The notes under the pieces are model-generated. The model was not told where the DNA came from. It saw only the letters and a program-made list of their open reading frames with translations, and made no database searches. 64,000 nucleotides of DNA from Octopus sinensis (taxonomy: Eukaryota), in the NCBI RefSeq assembly GCF_006345805.1, contig NC_043018.1:26784001-26848000 (forward strand), in the 5' to 3' direction. A program made the position numbers and the translations under genes. This document shows positions 11,650-23,584 of the stretch, piece after piece. Position 1 is the stretch's first letter, and every line of letters begins with the position of its first letter.

Positions 11650-11985
11650 CTGGCACGTCCGTGCTGGTGGCATGTAAAAAGCACCATCCGATCGTGGCCG
11701 TTGCCAGCCTTGCCTGGCCTCCATGTAAAAAGCACCATCCGATTGTGGCTGTTGCCAGCCTCGCCTGGCCCCCGTGCCGGTGGCACATAAAAAGCACCAT
11801 CAGATCGTGGCCGTTTGCCAGCCTCGTTTGGCACCTGTGCCAGTGGCATGTAAAAAGTATCCACTACACTCACAGAGTGGTTGGCGTTAGGAAGGGCATC
11901 CAGCCGTAAAAACATTGCCAGATCAGACTGGGCCTGGTGCAGCCTTCTGGCTTCCCTGACCCCAGTTGAACCGTCCAACCATGCT
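11650..11985 (+). mobile_element. RTE 3'-UTR fragment with four tandem modules of about 60 bp
   Basis: Repeated gtgcc-nnn-ggca(c/t)rtaaaaagcaccatccgatcgtggccgttgccagcc units, followed by the ggcgttaggaagggcatccagc segment. Confidence 0.85.
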
Positions 11986-12966
11986 AGCTGGTGGTTGTTA
12001 TTCATCCATCGCTTAGATAATTCAGCTGGGGTCATCATTAGTCACATGTGCTCTGTTATATTGATTTTCCACCAGTGAAAATGGCAGGAATCCACATAAT
12101 TTGCTTTCATGAAAAACTCTCACCCCTCTGACTCGTAAATATTTTATCACACCAATTTATGGTAAAAAAAGGGAGGCTCCAGAATGCATACAGATTATTT
12201 ATTTGAGAATGTATTATGTGCAATGTGATTGGATCTTTGATCCAATTCCCTTGCAACACTCAACCAATCACAACACAGGGCTCAACAAATGTCAACACAC
12301 TCACATGATAGTTATGTCGACCAACCACTACATGTGATACTCTGTGTACCTGTTTAGGCAACATTTATTTGATTGTACAGCACAAACGTTTTGTCACTAT
12401 AAATAAATTTCTATAAATAAACCATTATTTGTACAGGTTGTTCAGCAAGGAATTCTGGAACCATCCTTTTTTGATGATAACCATAATGAAAAAATAAAAA
12501 AATATATAAATAAACCCCTCTTCTATCTGGGTATTATCAATACATTGACTATTGTGACCGGGTTTTTTTTTTTGGTTTTTGTTTTAGTTTCTAGCTTGGG
12601 TACTACATTGTCTCTGGGTATTATGAATAGTCTGATCATTGTGATCCATGAAGACTGGTTGGAGCTTGTTACTAGAGAATATTTATTTATGATTATAATG
12701 AAAAATTTCGCCATGGTGACAAGTTTTGATAATAGTTGAGATACATTGTTTACATGTGGGGGGTTTTTTGTGAGAAATTTTAAGCCAAACAAATCAACAC
12801 TAAACATATTTCTATAAGCCTGAAACTTATTTTGACTGGCATCCGTGCTAGTGGAACACTAAGAGTACCATACGAGCGTGATCGTTGCCAGAGCAACAAA
12901 CTGGCCTCCGTGCCGTTGGCATGTAAAAAGCACCATTCGAGTGTGATCCTTACCTGTGTTGCTTAA

Positions 12967-13186
12967 TCCTTTAGTGTTTAAACCGGCCACATCTGGCCCA
13001 GATATTCTACTTGTTTTATATTTGAACTAGCCATATCTAACCTCTCACACCTAACCAACATTGACATTCTAAAAATAAGCAATCACATCATTGAAACCTC
13101 AAAGCTGTAAGACAATGCATGAGTAATTCAAAACAATTTGAGTGAAAAAGTATTACATTTAACAGAGTAATCTGAACACTAAAGGG
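12967..13186. mobile_element. piggyBac-like MITE (220 bp) nested in an RTE 3'-UTR fragment (about 12835-13215)
   Basis: TTAA on both sides (12963-12966, 13187-13190). TIRs (t/c)cctttagtgtt / aacactaaaggg. Confidence 0.85.
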
Positions 13187-13217
13187 TTAACTGGCACTTG
13201 TACTGCCGGCACAAGTG

Positions 13218-14000
13218 CTAGAAATACTGCTGTAACAAATATTCTGCTCAATACCACTGATTTGCTTGTTGTCTTTGGCCAGTAGGGGTTATCTCTTGTT
13301 TACTTCGATCTAGAAATCAAAGGAAGTGACTACTATTCCCTTCAACCTTTGCTTTTCTGACTTCAACATCAATGTTCTGAAACATTTCAGAAAGATTCAG
13401 TGCCAAGGTCCTGAAGCAGAAATATCATTGTAGCAAATATTCTGCTCAGTACCACAGATTCGCTTGTTGCCTTTGGTCAGTAAATGCTATTTCCTGTTTG
13501 ATTCTATTTAGAAATCAAAAGAAATGACTACTATTCCCTTCAAACTTTGCTCTTCTGACCTGGACATCAAGGTTTTGAAACTGACCTATTTTCCATTACA
13601 TTTCAGAAAGATTCAGCGCTGAGTTACTGAAGCAGAAATATCGTTATAGCAAATATTTTGCTCAATACCACAGATTTGCTTGTTGTCTTTGGCCAGCAGG
13701 GGTTATCTCTTGTTTACTTCTATCTAGAAATCAAAGGAAGTGACTACTATTCCCTTCAAACTTTGCTTTTCTGACCACCTGGACATCAATGTTCTGAAAC
13801 AATTCAGAAAGATTCAGTGCCAAGGTCCTGAAGCAGAAATACTGCTGTAGCAAATATTCTGCTCAATACCACAGATTTGCTTGACCTTAACCACCTGAGC
13901 ACGTCCCCTAATGGCTGACAATATTTGAATCCCTGAACATGAGCAGAAGTAGCAGAGAAACATCATAGCCATGTGTTGAGCAGGATTCTTTTGGGTCTGA
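13218..14000 (+). repeat. Tandem repeat of about 200-215 bp (3 units plus a partial), running into a fragment of the repeat at 49766-50313
   Basis: The unit start agaaata..gcaaatattctgctcaataccac recurs at about 13220, 13418, 13633 and 13835. Confidence 0.88.
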
Positions 14001-14174
14001 ATAAATGTAAAGAAAGCGAAATTTGAAGGAAACATTAGCCATTTTTCATACTATCTAAAGGTAAACAAACAGGAAATAATAGTTGCTACCTGAGCACATA
14101 TATCGTGTTACACTGTGTAATCTGACAGTTGTGAGTGGTTTTCCTTTGAACCTTGGGTATTCTGTGTAAGCTTT

Positions 14175-14592
14175 GGATCTTTTCGGTTTGAACGGCAGTT
14201 TTTTCTAGCGGTGTCATATGAAATTGTCACCCATAATTATAACCCTAGAATCGATCTATTGCATTTCAATCTGTTTTAGGGTTAGGGTTAGGGGTGGGGA
14301 AATGGTATCTTTTTTCTTCACAAATGTAAATAAACCCAATCTGTTTCTTAAACGAGGGATATATTCATACGGCACAGAATGTTTTTTTTTACCTCAATAG
14401 GCGTCACTGATTGGTTGAAATTGCAGAAATTGAAGAAAAAAAACAACAAATATCTTACAAACTATAGAATTTTCTCAATAAAGCCAAGAGAAAAAGATGT
14501 TTTATAAACACATTCTACCAGTACACGAAGTTTAAAAGTGTTAAGTTACGTGGAAATTATGTTAAAAACTGGCGTTCAAACCGAAAAGATCC
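14175..14592. mobile_element. MITE family 1, copy 2
   Basis: TIRs ggatcttttcggtttgaacggcag / ggcgttcaaaccgaaaagatcc. Internal ttagggttagggttaggg. Confidence 0.92.
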
Positions 14593-14814
14593 TTCGGTTC
14601 TCATGTTGTGTTTTACTGAGGCTTTCTCAGTAAAGCAGGGTGTGTTTTCCGTTGTATTTATTATGTATAAATTGTTTCTGTATTAATTTGTTGTTCAATT
14701 GACTAAACTATTTATATACATGTCATTCATTGACAAGCGTTTCTTTTACTCCGTTCATTTCTTATTTAAGGATTTAGTGCTTTGCTTCTTAAAACAGAAA
14801 GGCTATTCTTAATG

Positions 14815-14951
14815 GGGTGGGGTAGGTGGGTGGGGTAGTGGTGGGAGTGGTTGTGGTGTTTGTGGTAGCAGTAAAAATGTTTGTGGTAGGGGTGCTGGTG
14901 GTGATGCTTGTAGTGGTTGTGGTATTAGTAGTAGAAGTGGTAGTTGTGGTG

Positions 14952-14983
<32 letters not shown>

Positions 14984-15220
14984 GGCAGTGACGGCGGCAG
15001 CAGCAGAAGCAGTAGTAGTAGTAGTAGCAGCAGCAGCAGCAACAGCAGTTGTAGTAATAGTAGTTGTGATGGTGGCGGTGGTGGTGGTGGTAGTAGTAGT
15101 AGTGGTGTTAATGGTGGTGGTTGCGGTACTAGTAGTGATGGCAGTGGAGATGGTGGTCATTCTCATTGTCATAGTAGTAGAAGTAGTTGTAGAAGCAGCC
15201 GCGGTTGTTGTTGTTATTTA
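14815..15220. repeat. (GTA/GTG/GCA)n trinucleotide low-complexity tract
   Basis: Directly visible. Confidence 0.9.
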
Positions 15221-15767
15221 ACCACAGGCAGGCATTGACTGAGCGGGCCAATGACCCAAATAAACAATTTCTCCTTGACACCAATCTGTCTTTTTTTAAA
15301 ATTATATTTTAAATCTGAGGTGACGGGAAGGCGTTATGTACCATTCAGCAGAGCCACCCAACGCCTTGCGTGTGGACTTGGGTAGCTCTGGGTAATAGCA
15401 GAAGACACTTGTCCAAGGTGCCACATAGCAATGCTTGGTTAACCATTAGGCAGAATAAGCACATGCTTAGGGCATCAAGGCAAAGAGGGAGCACTACAGA
15501 AATGGTAAATAGTTTACGCCACTAAAGAAATCACTTTAAACTTGCTAAAATAATATTCGGGATGCCTTTATCTCTCCTAAGTATAGATGCAGATGTGTTA
15601 CCTCCTAAGATTAATTTTGAGGATCTGATCAAAGACTTTGCAATTCAAAAAAGTAGGAGGAAATTTTTCAAATATAAATAAAGTAGAAGTACGCAAAAAT
15701 AAACATTATTTTCCCTCTTATTGTTTTGTTTCGTTTTGAACAATAAAAATATATTTTATGGTTTACT

Positions 15768-15989
15768 CGAAGGAGAGGGGCTTTCTCCGTCCGGGTTGCG
15801 GATCCGTGGAATAAGCTGCCGGACGAGATGGTGAAGATGCCGATGACCGCTCGGTTCAAAGTCTCCCTTGACCACAAGTGGCCTGAACTCTTTACATGAA
15901 CACCACCCTGTACATAACTCCATGTCCCCCTACATGGCCTTGCTTTTTTGTTTTTTGAGCCAAAAATTAATTAACTAACTAACTAACTA
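15768..15989 (+). mobile_element. CR1-group LINE 3' end with (TAAC)n tail
   Basis: RRRGAFSVRVADPWNKLPDEMVKMPMTARFKVSLDHKWPELFT*. A second copy lies at about 27030-27357. Confidence 0.85.
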
Positions 15990-16297
15990 CTAGCAGTATC
16001 GCCCGGCGTTGCTCGGGTTTGTAAGGGAAATAACTATATAAGCATTTTTAGAGAGTTACTTCCCTTATTTAAACCGAGCAAAAATGCATTAAAAATGCGG
16101 AAAAATTATGGTACATTTTTTTAAAAATCGTAGACTCATCGTAGACGTGCGCTAATACCCAGAAGGGCTCGATATGAATCACGACTATAAGATACCCGCT
16201 TTTGGTTAAACTGCACCGCAAAATGTGGGAGTAGTTAGGAATCTAAATCAGAGGAGACAGACTCTCACACACACAACTTCAGTTTTATATATAAAGA
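15990..16297 (-). mobile_element. Non-autonomous Helitron (308 bp)
   Basis: On the minus strand: 5' TCTTTATATATAAAA, 3' hairpin CCCGAGCAACGCCGGG, then CTAG. Inserted between A and T with no TSD. Confidence 0.85.
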
Positions 16298-16464
16298 TTA
16301 TTGTTTATATTTTGAATTACATTGTCTTTTATGGGGGCCACCAAAATCTTTTAAGTGCTTAGGGCCTCGATGGGTCTTAATTCGGCCCTGCCACATAGTA
16401 AGACAAAACGCTGAACCATGTGGTTAGGAAGCAAACATCTCACCACAGACACACAGACACACAT

Positions 16465-16513
<49 letters not shown>

Positions 16514-16810
16514 ATATTTAGCTCCTATTTAGCTTGGCTGAGACCAGCGAGGTTACCAGATCATTGAATTTTCCCTGATATCTGATCATTACATTTTAAA
16601 TTACCAGGTTTAACAAAACTCATTAAGACTCTATCTCTCTCTCTATATATATATATATTTATAGGTACAGGTGTGTAGTTCGCTTCTCAACCACGTGGTT
16701 CCAGGTTCAGTCCCACTGCGTGGTACCTTGGGCAAGTGTCTTCTACGATATTCTCAGGCCAACCAAAGACTTCCATTTTAAGCATGTACCTTCTACTGAA
16801 TGGAAACTGC

Positions 16811-16905
<95 letters not shown>

Positions 16906-16949
16906 GACAGTATTGCCTGATTGTAAAAAGAACCATTTGAATGTGATCA

Positions 16950-17172
16950 TTGCCAGTGCCACCTGACTGGTCCCGTGCCCATGACACGTAAAAAGCAGCC
17001 TCCTGGTGCAGCCTCCTGGTTTCCCAGACCCCGGTTGAACCATACAACCCATGCTAGCTTGCAAAACAGACGTTAAATGATGACGACGACGACGACGACG
17101 TCCCAGACCCCGGTTGAACCGTCCAACCCATGCTAGCATGGAAAACGGACGTTAAACGATGATGATGATGAT
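16950..17172 (+). mobile_element. RTE 3' tail with duplicated terminus
   Basis: cccagaccccggttgaacc...acgttaaa(t/c)gatga occurs twice in tandem (about 17022 and 17102). Confidence 0.8.
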
Positions 17173-17427
17173 GTAGATAAGATTATTTTATCAGGTAAAT
17201 AATATTATTTCTTAGAAATATTGAATTTCTAAATGTCTCAGAGAGACATAAGCGGTGGTGGAGCGATACAGTGGTTGTATACTGTCAACTCAACGTGACA
17301 GTCCCATAAGGGAATTATACCACCACCATTTAGCCCTAGGAAACATCGACGTTTCCTGTTGGCTTTGAGACATTTGTCCTTATATTTGCAAAGGGAAGGC
17401 AATCACCCCCGCCAGCTGGGACAAGCA

Positions 17428-17471
17428 CCTGAAGACATGTTTCTTAGTGTATTGCTCGTCATCAGTCCAGG
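17428..17471 (-). ncRNA. Minimal type I hammerhead ribozyme motif (family 2), stem II degenerate
   Basis: Minus strand: cctgga-CTGATGA-cgagcaatacactaa-GAAA-catg-TC-ttcagg. Stem I cctgga/ttcagg pairs 6/6 (one G:U), stem III is the palindrome ACATGT, and the cleavage triplet is GUC. Confidence 0.6.
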
Positions 17472-17887
17472 GTAGCCAGCCTTGCTCGCTAAGATGACTG
17501 CAATATTATTTCTTTACTTCAATTACAATTTTATATCTACTTCTTTCTGTTCTCATCTCCGTTCTGTTCAGAATATTATTCATAATTGTGATGTACACAT
17601 CTTTTATTTTTTCCTTGTTCGAGTCATTGGACTGCAACCATGCTGGAGCACTGCTTTCAAGAGTTTTTTATTTTTAGTCAAACTAGTCAACCCCAGTAAT
17701 TTTGCTTTTTAAGCCTGGTACTTATTCTGTCAGTCTCTTTTGCCGAACTGCTAAGTTACAGGGGTGTAAAACAAACCAACACCGGTTGTCAAGGCGTAGT
17801 CGGGGACAAACACAGACATGAAAACACAAAAATACTCTCTAACTCTCTCACTCACACACATATGCATGCACGCACACAAACACACAT

Positions 17888-18019
17888 ATGAATGGTGCTT
17901 TTTACGTGTCATGGGCACGGGACCAGTCAGGTGGCACTGGCAATGATCACACTCAAATGGTTCTTTTTACATGGCAATCAGGCAATACTGTCATATATAT
18001 ATATATATATATATGTATG

Positions 18020-18083
<64 letters not shown>

Positions 18084-18290
18084 GCAGTTTCTACAGCTGG
18101 ATACCTTTCCTAACGCCAACCACTCTGTGAGTGTAGGGGGTGCTTTTTACATGCCAGGGGAGGCAGGTGACAGCCACGATCAGTTGGTGCTTTTTATGTG
18201 CCACTGGCACGGAAGCCAGTCAAGGCAGCGCTGGCATTGGCCACATTCGGATGGTGCTTTTTACATGCCACTGACACAGTATCACAACTA
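17888..18290 (-). mobile_element. RTE 3'-UTR fragment interrupted by a microsatellite
   Basis: ggtgctttttac(a/g)tg modules and the cctaacgccaaccactc segment. Confidence 0.75.
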
Positions 18291-18616
18291 CAATTTCCAT
18301 TTGATTTTTATTTTGATGCTGATGTACTTGACTCATTAGGCCTTCTCAAGCACAGCACTGGTAAAATAATTTTATTTACCGCATAAAATAATTTTATTTA
18401 CCCAATAAAATACAGCTGCTGTAAAAGAAGTGAATAAAGAATATGATTGTCCTAAACTTTGGGAAGCAACGATGCATTTGAGATACAGTAGAAACTTCCT
18501 TTCGTTTAATGACAATTAATTTATTAACACCAATTAGCACAAATTCTCTTGACTCTAATAACCAGCACATTTTATGTGTGTGCATGTGCATGTGTGTGTT
18601 TGTGTGTGTGTATGTG

Positions 18617-19117
18617 TGGTCAGCCTGTAATGATATGCATAAGATCTGGTCATCAAATCTAAGTAGAGACTACAAACTTAAAATCTTCAAAGCCACAGTC
18701 GAACCAATTCTACTATATGGCTCAGAAACCTGGACGTTATCAAAGAAGCTTGAGAGGCGGTTGGATGGAACCTACACTCGCCTCCTTATGAGACCTCAAA
18801 ATCTCTCGTGGAAGCGTCATCCAACCAAAATGCAAATATATGGGAAACTACCACCTGTGTCATCTCTTGTGAAAGGTAGAAGAGTCCAGTTTCCTGGACA
18901 TTGTTGTAGAGCTGAAAATGAGGCAATTTCTACTCTTCTCCTCTGGAAGCCATCTACTTGCGATACCAGAGGGCGCACACTCTCCTACCCTGATGTAATC
19001 TCCAGGGATACAGGCATCCAGCAACAGGACCTCCATAATGCTATGATGGACCGTGAAGTCTGGCGTAGCATAGTAAATTCCATTGTCTCGACCACGGTCG
19101 AACAATGATGATGATGT
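18617..19117 (+). mobile_element. RTE-clade LINE 3' fragment (second family), open frame to the stop, then (TGA)n tail
   Basis: KIWSS...IFKATVEPILLYGSETWTLS...RRVQFPGHC...DREVWRSIV...EQ*, then tgatgatgat. Confidence 0.9.
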
Positions 19118-19139
19118 ATGTGTGTGCGTGTATGTGAGT

Positions 19140-19540
19140 GTGTGTGTGTGTGTGAGTGTGCCGTGCTTGCGGAGACCCATGAAACCAAGTGAAATCGTAG
19201 ATGTGACTGTTATCAGTGTCACATAACAGACACCCATGCCCGTGGCACATAGAAAGCACCTTTCAAGTGCTGGGCTTAATAGAGGCGATGAAAAATGACT
19301 AAGATCTTCGGCAATATGCTGTGCTTGACAAGGATGACCCATCAAGCTGAGTGAAATCATAATCATGGCAGATACTGGTGCCACACAAAAATGGCACCTG
19401 TGCCAGTGGCATGTGAAAGCACTCATTACACTCTCAAAACCATGCCAAAAAAGACTGGAGTCTGGTGCAGCCCCTCAGCTTACTAGTCCTGGTTAAACCA
19501 TCCAACCCATGGACAATGGATGTTAAATGATGATGATGAT
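19140..19540 (+). mobile_element. RTE 3'-UTR fragment with (GAT)n tail
   Basis: Reverse complement of the 2206-2680 segment. Confidence 0.8.
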
Positions 19541-19574
19541 GACACCATTATGATAGCTGCATTTTAATGTATAA

Positions 19575-20445
19575 CCGAATAAAGTGATGCAACTGGTACT
19601 TATTTTGAACTCAGAACGTAGCGGCAGACGAAATACAGCTAAGCATTTCGCCCAACATGCTAACGTTTCTTGTTTCTTTATTTCCCACAAGGGGCTACAC
19701 ATAGAGGGGACAAACAAGGACAGACAAACGGATTAAGTCGATTATATCGACCCCAGTGAGTAACTGGTACTTATTTAATCGCCCCCGAAAGGATGAAAGG
19801 TAAAGTCGACCTCGGCGGAATTTGAACTCAGAACGTAACAGCAGACGAAATACCTATTTCTTTACTACCCACAAGGGGCTAAACACAGAGAGGATAAACG
19901 GATTAAGTCGATTATATCGATCCCAGTCCGTAACAGGTACTTAATTTATCGACCCCGAAAGGATGAAAGGCAATATTGACCTCTGCGGAATTTGAACTCA
20001 GAACGTAACAGCAGACAAATACCTATTTCTTTACTACCCACAAGGGGCTAAACACAGAGAGGACAAACAAGGACAGACAGACGGATTAAGTCGATTATAT
20101 CGACCCCAGTGCGTAACCGGTACTTAATTTATCGACCCCGAAAGGGTGAAAAGCAAAGTCGACCTCGCGGAATTTGAACTCAGAACGTAGCAGCAGACGA
20201 AATACCTATTTCTTTACCCCACAAGGGGCTAAACACAGAGAGGACAAACAAAGACAGACAAAGGGATTAAGTCGATTATATAGACTCTAGGGCGTAACTG
20301 GTACTTAATTTATCAACCCCGAAAGGATGAAAGGCAAAGTCTATTCCTCGGCGGAATTTGAACTCAGAACGTAGCGGCAGACGAAATACTGCAAAGCATT
20401 TCGCCCGGCGTGCTAACGTTTCTTCCAGCTCGACGCCTCACAAAA
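19575..20445 (-). mobile_element. SINE family A concatemer (one head, four bodies of about 170-185 bp, plus a partial copy)
   Basis: Junction aaagaaata|ggtatttcgtctg repeated at about 19855, 20024 and 20207. Confidence 0.92.
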
Positions 20446-20880
20446 CATATAAAGCTGTTTCGAGTTGTCATGATATATTGTAGTTGTAATTTGTTTTCAA
20501 TGCTTTCTAATATTTCATATTCAAAACAAAAGGTTAAACCAGGCTGGGGTTGTATTAATGTGTGGAAATAGTTTAAAATTTGTATGTCTATTGTTTTGAT
20601 GTTGCAACAGTATAGTGCACACCCTGTGACACCAAACTGCCACAAAATACTATAAACATTTGTTGGGGTGTCAGGTGTTATTACTCCATAAATTAAAGTA
20701 AGACTGTCTCCTACATTAATTCTGTTTGTAGGTTAATTGTTGTACGTATTTCACAGTCACCGATACACATAAGGAGAAAGGATCTATTTGCAATATTTAA
20801 ACATGAGATTGAAAAATAAAAGAAAGAAAGAAAGAAAGAAAGATAGTAAATGAGAATAAAAAACGGAATGAGAGAGAGAA

Positions 20881-20913
<33 letters not shown>

Positions 20914-21229
20914 CAGCAGAAAGATAGCATTAAATATTTTGAGACTTGGTAAAATTCCTCTCTTTTCAGTGCCTCACTATCTGTCAAATTTTTGGCAGTC
21001 TCTATAAATATATATATTGGAAAAACAATATTCGAAACCTATTTCTTAGAAGTGACTGCTATATTTTGGTAGAAATAACTTTCTCTTTCTTAGTATTTTT
21101 TTTCTTTTCTTTTCTAAATCACAACATAATCTCTGTATATCTTCAATTCGTACACCACACAAACAGGTGCATACAGATAGATAGATAGATACATATATAC
21201 ATAGATTTATATTGATATATAGATCTCTA

Positions 21230-21440
21230 ACACATACACACACGCGTGTACAGCTACACGCACACACACGCATACGCGCGCGCGCATACATATATACTCT
21301 GATGTTTATTTCCCAATCCGAATTTCCCATTTCCCGTCCGCCTTTTTAACCTTGTGACAACGTTGGAAAGAAATATCCGGCTAGTTCTAAATTCTGAAGG
21401 TGGACCATTATTAAACGGATTGCATTACACCGGCCAAAAA
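21230..21440 (+). promoter_or_regulatory. Putative CpG-enriched promoter / 5' region of the FATP gene
   Basis: Local CpG excess (cgcgcgcgc, cccgtccgcc, ccgg) 230-430 bp upstream of the FATP ATG. Positional inference only. Confidence 0.3.
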
Positions 21441-21665
21441 AAAAAGCAAAAACAAAAAAAAGAAACAAAAAAAAGAAAAATTAACGAAAAAGAAGGAAAA
21501 CCCTGATAGTCTACTTTTGACGGCTTGTTGTAGTTGTTTTTCTTCTTTACCTTCTTTAAAATGCAAATCAAAGGTCGATGTGATAAAACAAAAATGCAAT
21601 CTGGAAGTATAATATATACACCAAAATTCATAACAGGCTTAGTAGGTCGAATACAACAGAACAAA

Positions 21666-21829
21666 ATGTTTGTGAAACTTGCTGCCTTCTCCGGCCTGGG
21701 TGTCTTACTCGTCCACTCTGCCAGAGTACCCGTTTCTCTGGCCGGGCTAGGTGTGTTTGGTGCTTATGTTGTTACTGGTGGATGGCATTTCATATGGGTG
21801 ATTTGCAACACGCTAGGACGAGACCTATG
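21666..21829 (+). CDS. SLC27A1/4-like: Long-chain fatty acid transport protein / very-long-chain acyl-CoA synthetase (FATP), coding exon 1
   Basis: MFVKLAAFSGLGVLLVHSARVPVSLAGLGVFGAYVVTGGWHFIWVICNTLGRDL(W) has a hydrophobic N-anchor. It matches the recalled FATP1/FATP4 motif GVYVGSGGWRFLRIVCKTARRDLF. The start context is AAAATGT, and a GTCAGT donor at 21830 lies in phase 2 right after RDL, as recalled for vertebrate SLC27A1. Confidence 0.8.
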
Positions 21830-22264
21830 GTCAGTGCCCGTTTCTTTGTTTCTTACCTTTTTCTTAATTCTTACCATTTAAAATTCTACCTCACATCCGT
21901 TATTCATCATCTTGTTTATTGTATATTGTTTATATAATATAATATAAGATATATATATATATATATATGTATATGTATATTACACACGCCCTTCTCTGTT
22001 GAACAGATTTGTCTGCGACCGTTTTGCTTATATATTAATTCGGGTAGTGTATGTATTTTTCATATGTGACGGCCAATGAAATAAAACACGGTGACCAACC
22101 ATTGCAATACCAAGACCACCCTCTTTCGTCGCATCTATGGCAAATATAGAACTTCTATTTAAACATGATCATCATCAACATCGTTATTGCTTAAAGGAAA
22201 CGGTGGGATGAGAGATGGTTGACATGTTTTATTCGCAGTACATATTTACATGTTCATATTTCAA

Positions 22265-22489
22265 AACATCTATCTATCTGTGTGTGTGTCTATCTATCTA
22301 TCTATCTATCTATTTATCTTTCTGTGTATGTATCTATCTGTGTGTGTGTCTATCTATCTATCTATTTATCTTTCTGTGTATGTATCTATCTATCTACCTA
22401 TCTACCTATTTGTGTGTGTGTCTATCTATCTATCTACCTATCTATCTATTTGTGTGTGTGTCTATCTATCTATTTGTGTGTGTGTGTTG

Positions 22490-22520
<31 letters not shown>

Positions 22521-22660
22521 GTGTATGTGTGTCTACCTGTGTATCTACCTATCTATCTATCTCTTTATATATATATATATAGATGTCTGTCTGTATCTAG
22601 CTATGTCTCTCTATCTATCTGTCTATACATCTCTCTACCTATCAGCCTATCTACTTGTTT
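22265..22660. repeat. (TCTA)n/(TG)n compound microsatellite
   Basis: Directly visible. Confidence 0.93.
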
Positions 22661-23260
22661 ATACGTATGAAAGTTCTCCGGTAATTTTCTATCATGTAAA
22701 TAAATATTTATGTTAATTTAAGAATTTGCCAGCAAAATCTTATAAAATGATAATGTTCTAAAAGATAGAGGTACGTGTTTATATGTTATACACGAAAACA
22801 AACACCTTCAACTCTATACAGATCGATAAATTAGTGTGCGTTTAAATTATTCATATTTCAACTAAAAAAAATAATAATTTAAAAGAATAAAATAACAAAA
22901 GCATGTTGTTTTATTCACTGAGGCCTTTACTTGTTTATTAAACGAAACATTTTGGGTAGGATCAGATAGTGGTAATAGATGTTATACTTAGTCAATGGTA
23001 CACGGTCTAACTCAAAGAACCAGTCTTCGGGTACGCGATAGTGTGTTAATAATAATAATGACTATAATATATTAATTCCTGTTTTTCTTGGTGTTGTAAA
23101 CACTTAAATGCTGTTTAAATGTCAATGCGTTATTGCTAACGCTTTTACATAAAAAGCACATGCTTGTCCGTTGAATATCCTTGTATGTTTGTTTCGTTTT
23201 CAATTCTAATAGAAACTGTTTTACTTTTCTTTCTTATTAGACATTATATTAGAAAATTTA

Positions 23261-23332
<72 letters not shown>

Positions 23333-23445
23333 ATAATAACGAAGGGTAAATTTAATTAATTAAGAAGTAATCAGTAATTTCACCAAGTAGAATTCGGCAT
23401 GAAAAAAGGACCATTTCATGGTAAGCTTAAGAAATACTTTATAAA

Positions 23446-23584
23446 TAGGGTTCAGCAACGATTTGCTTCACCACATACCGAAGTTTAGAAATAGCAGTCA
23501 AAAAAGTAGAAGGAATGGCTAAGATTTTTTGACTGCTATTTCTAAACTTCGGTATGTGGTGAAGCAAATCGTTGCTGAACCCTA
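23446..23584. repeat. Perfect 60-bp inverted repeat with 19-nt spacer inside a roughly 260-bp insert in (TA)n
   Basis: 23446-23505 is the exact reverse complement of 23525-23584. Confidence 0.97.
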
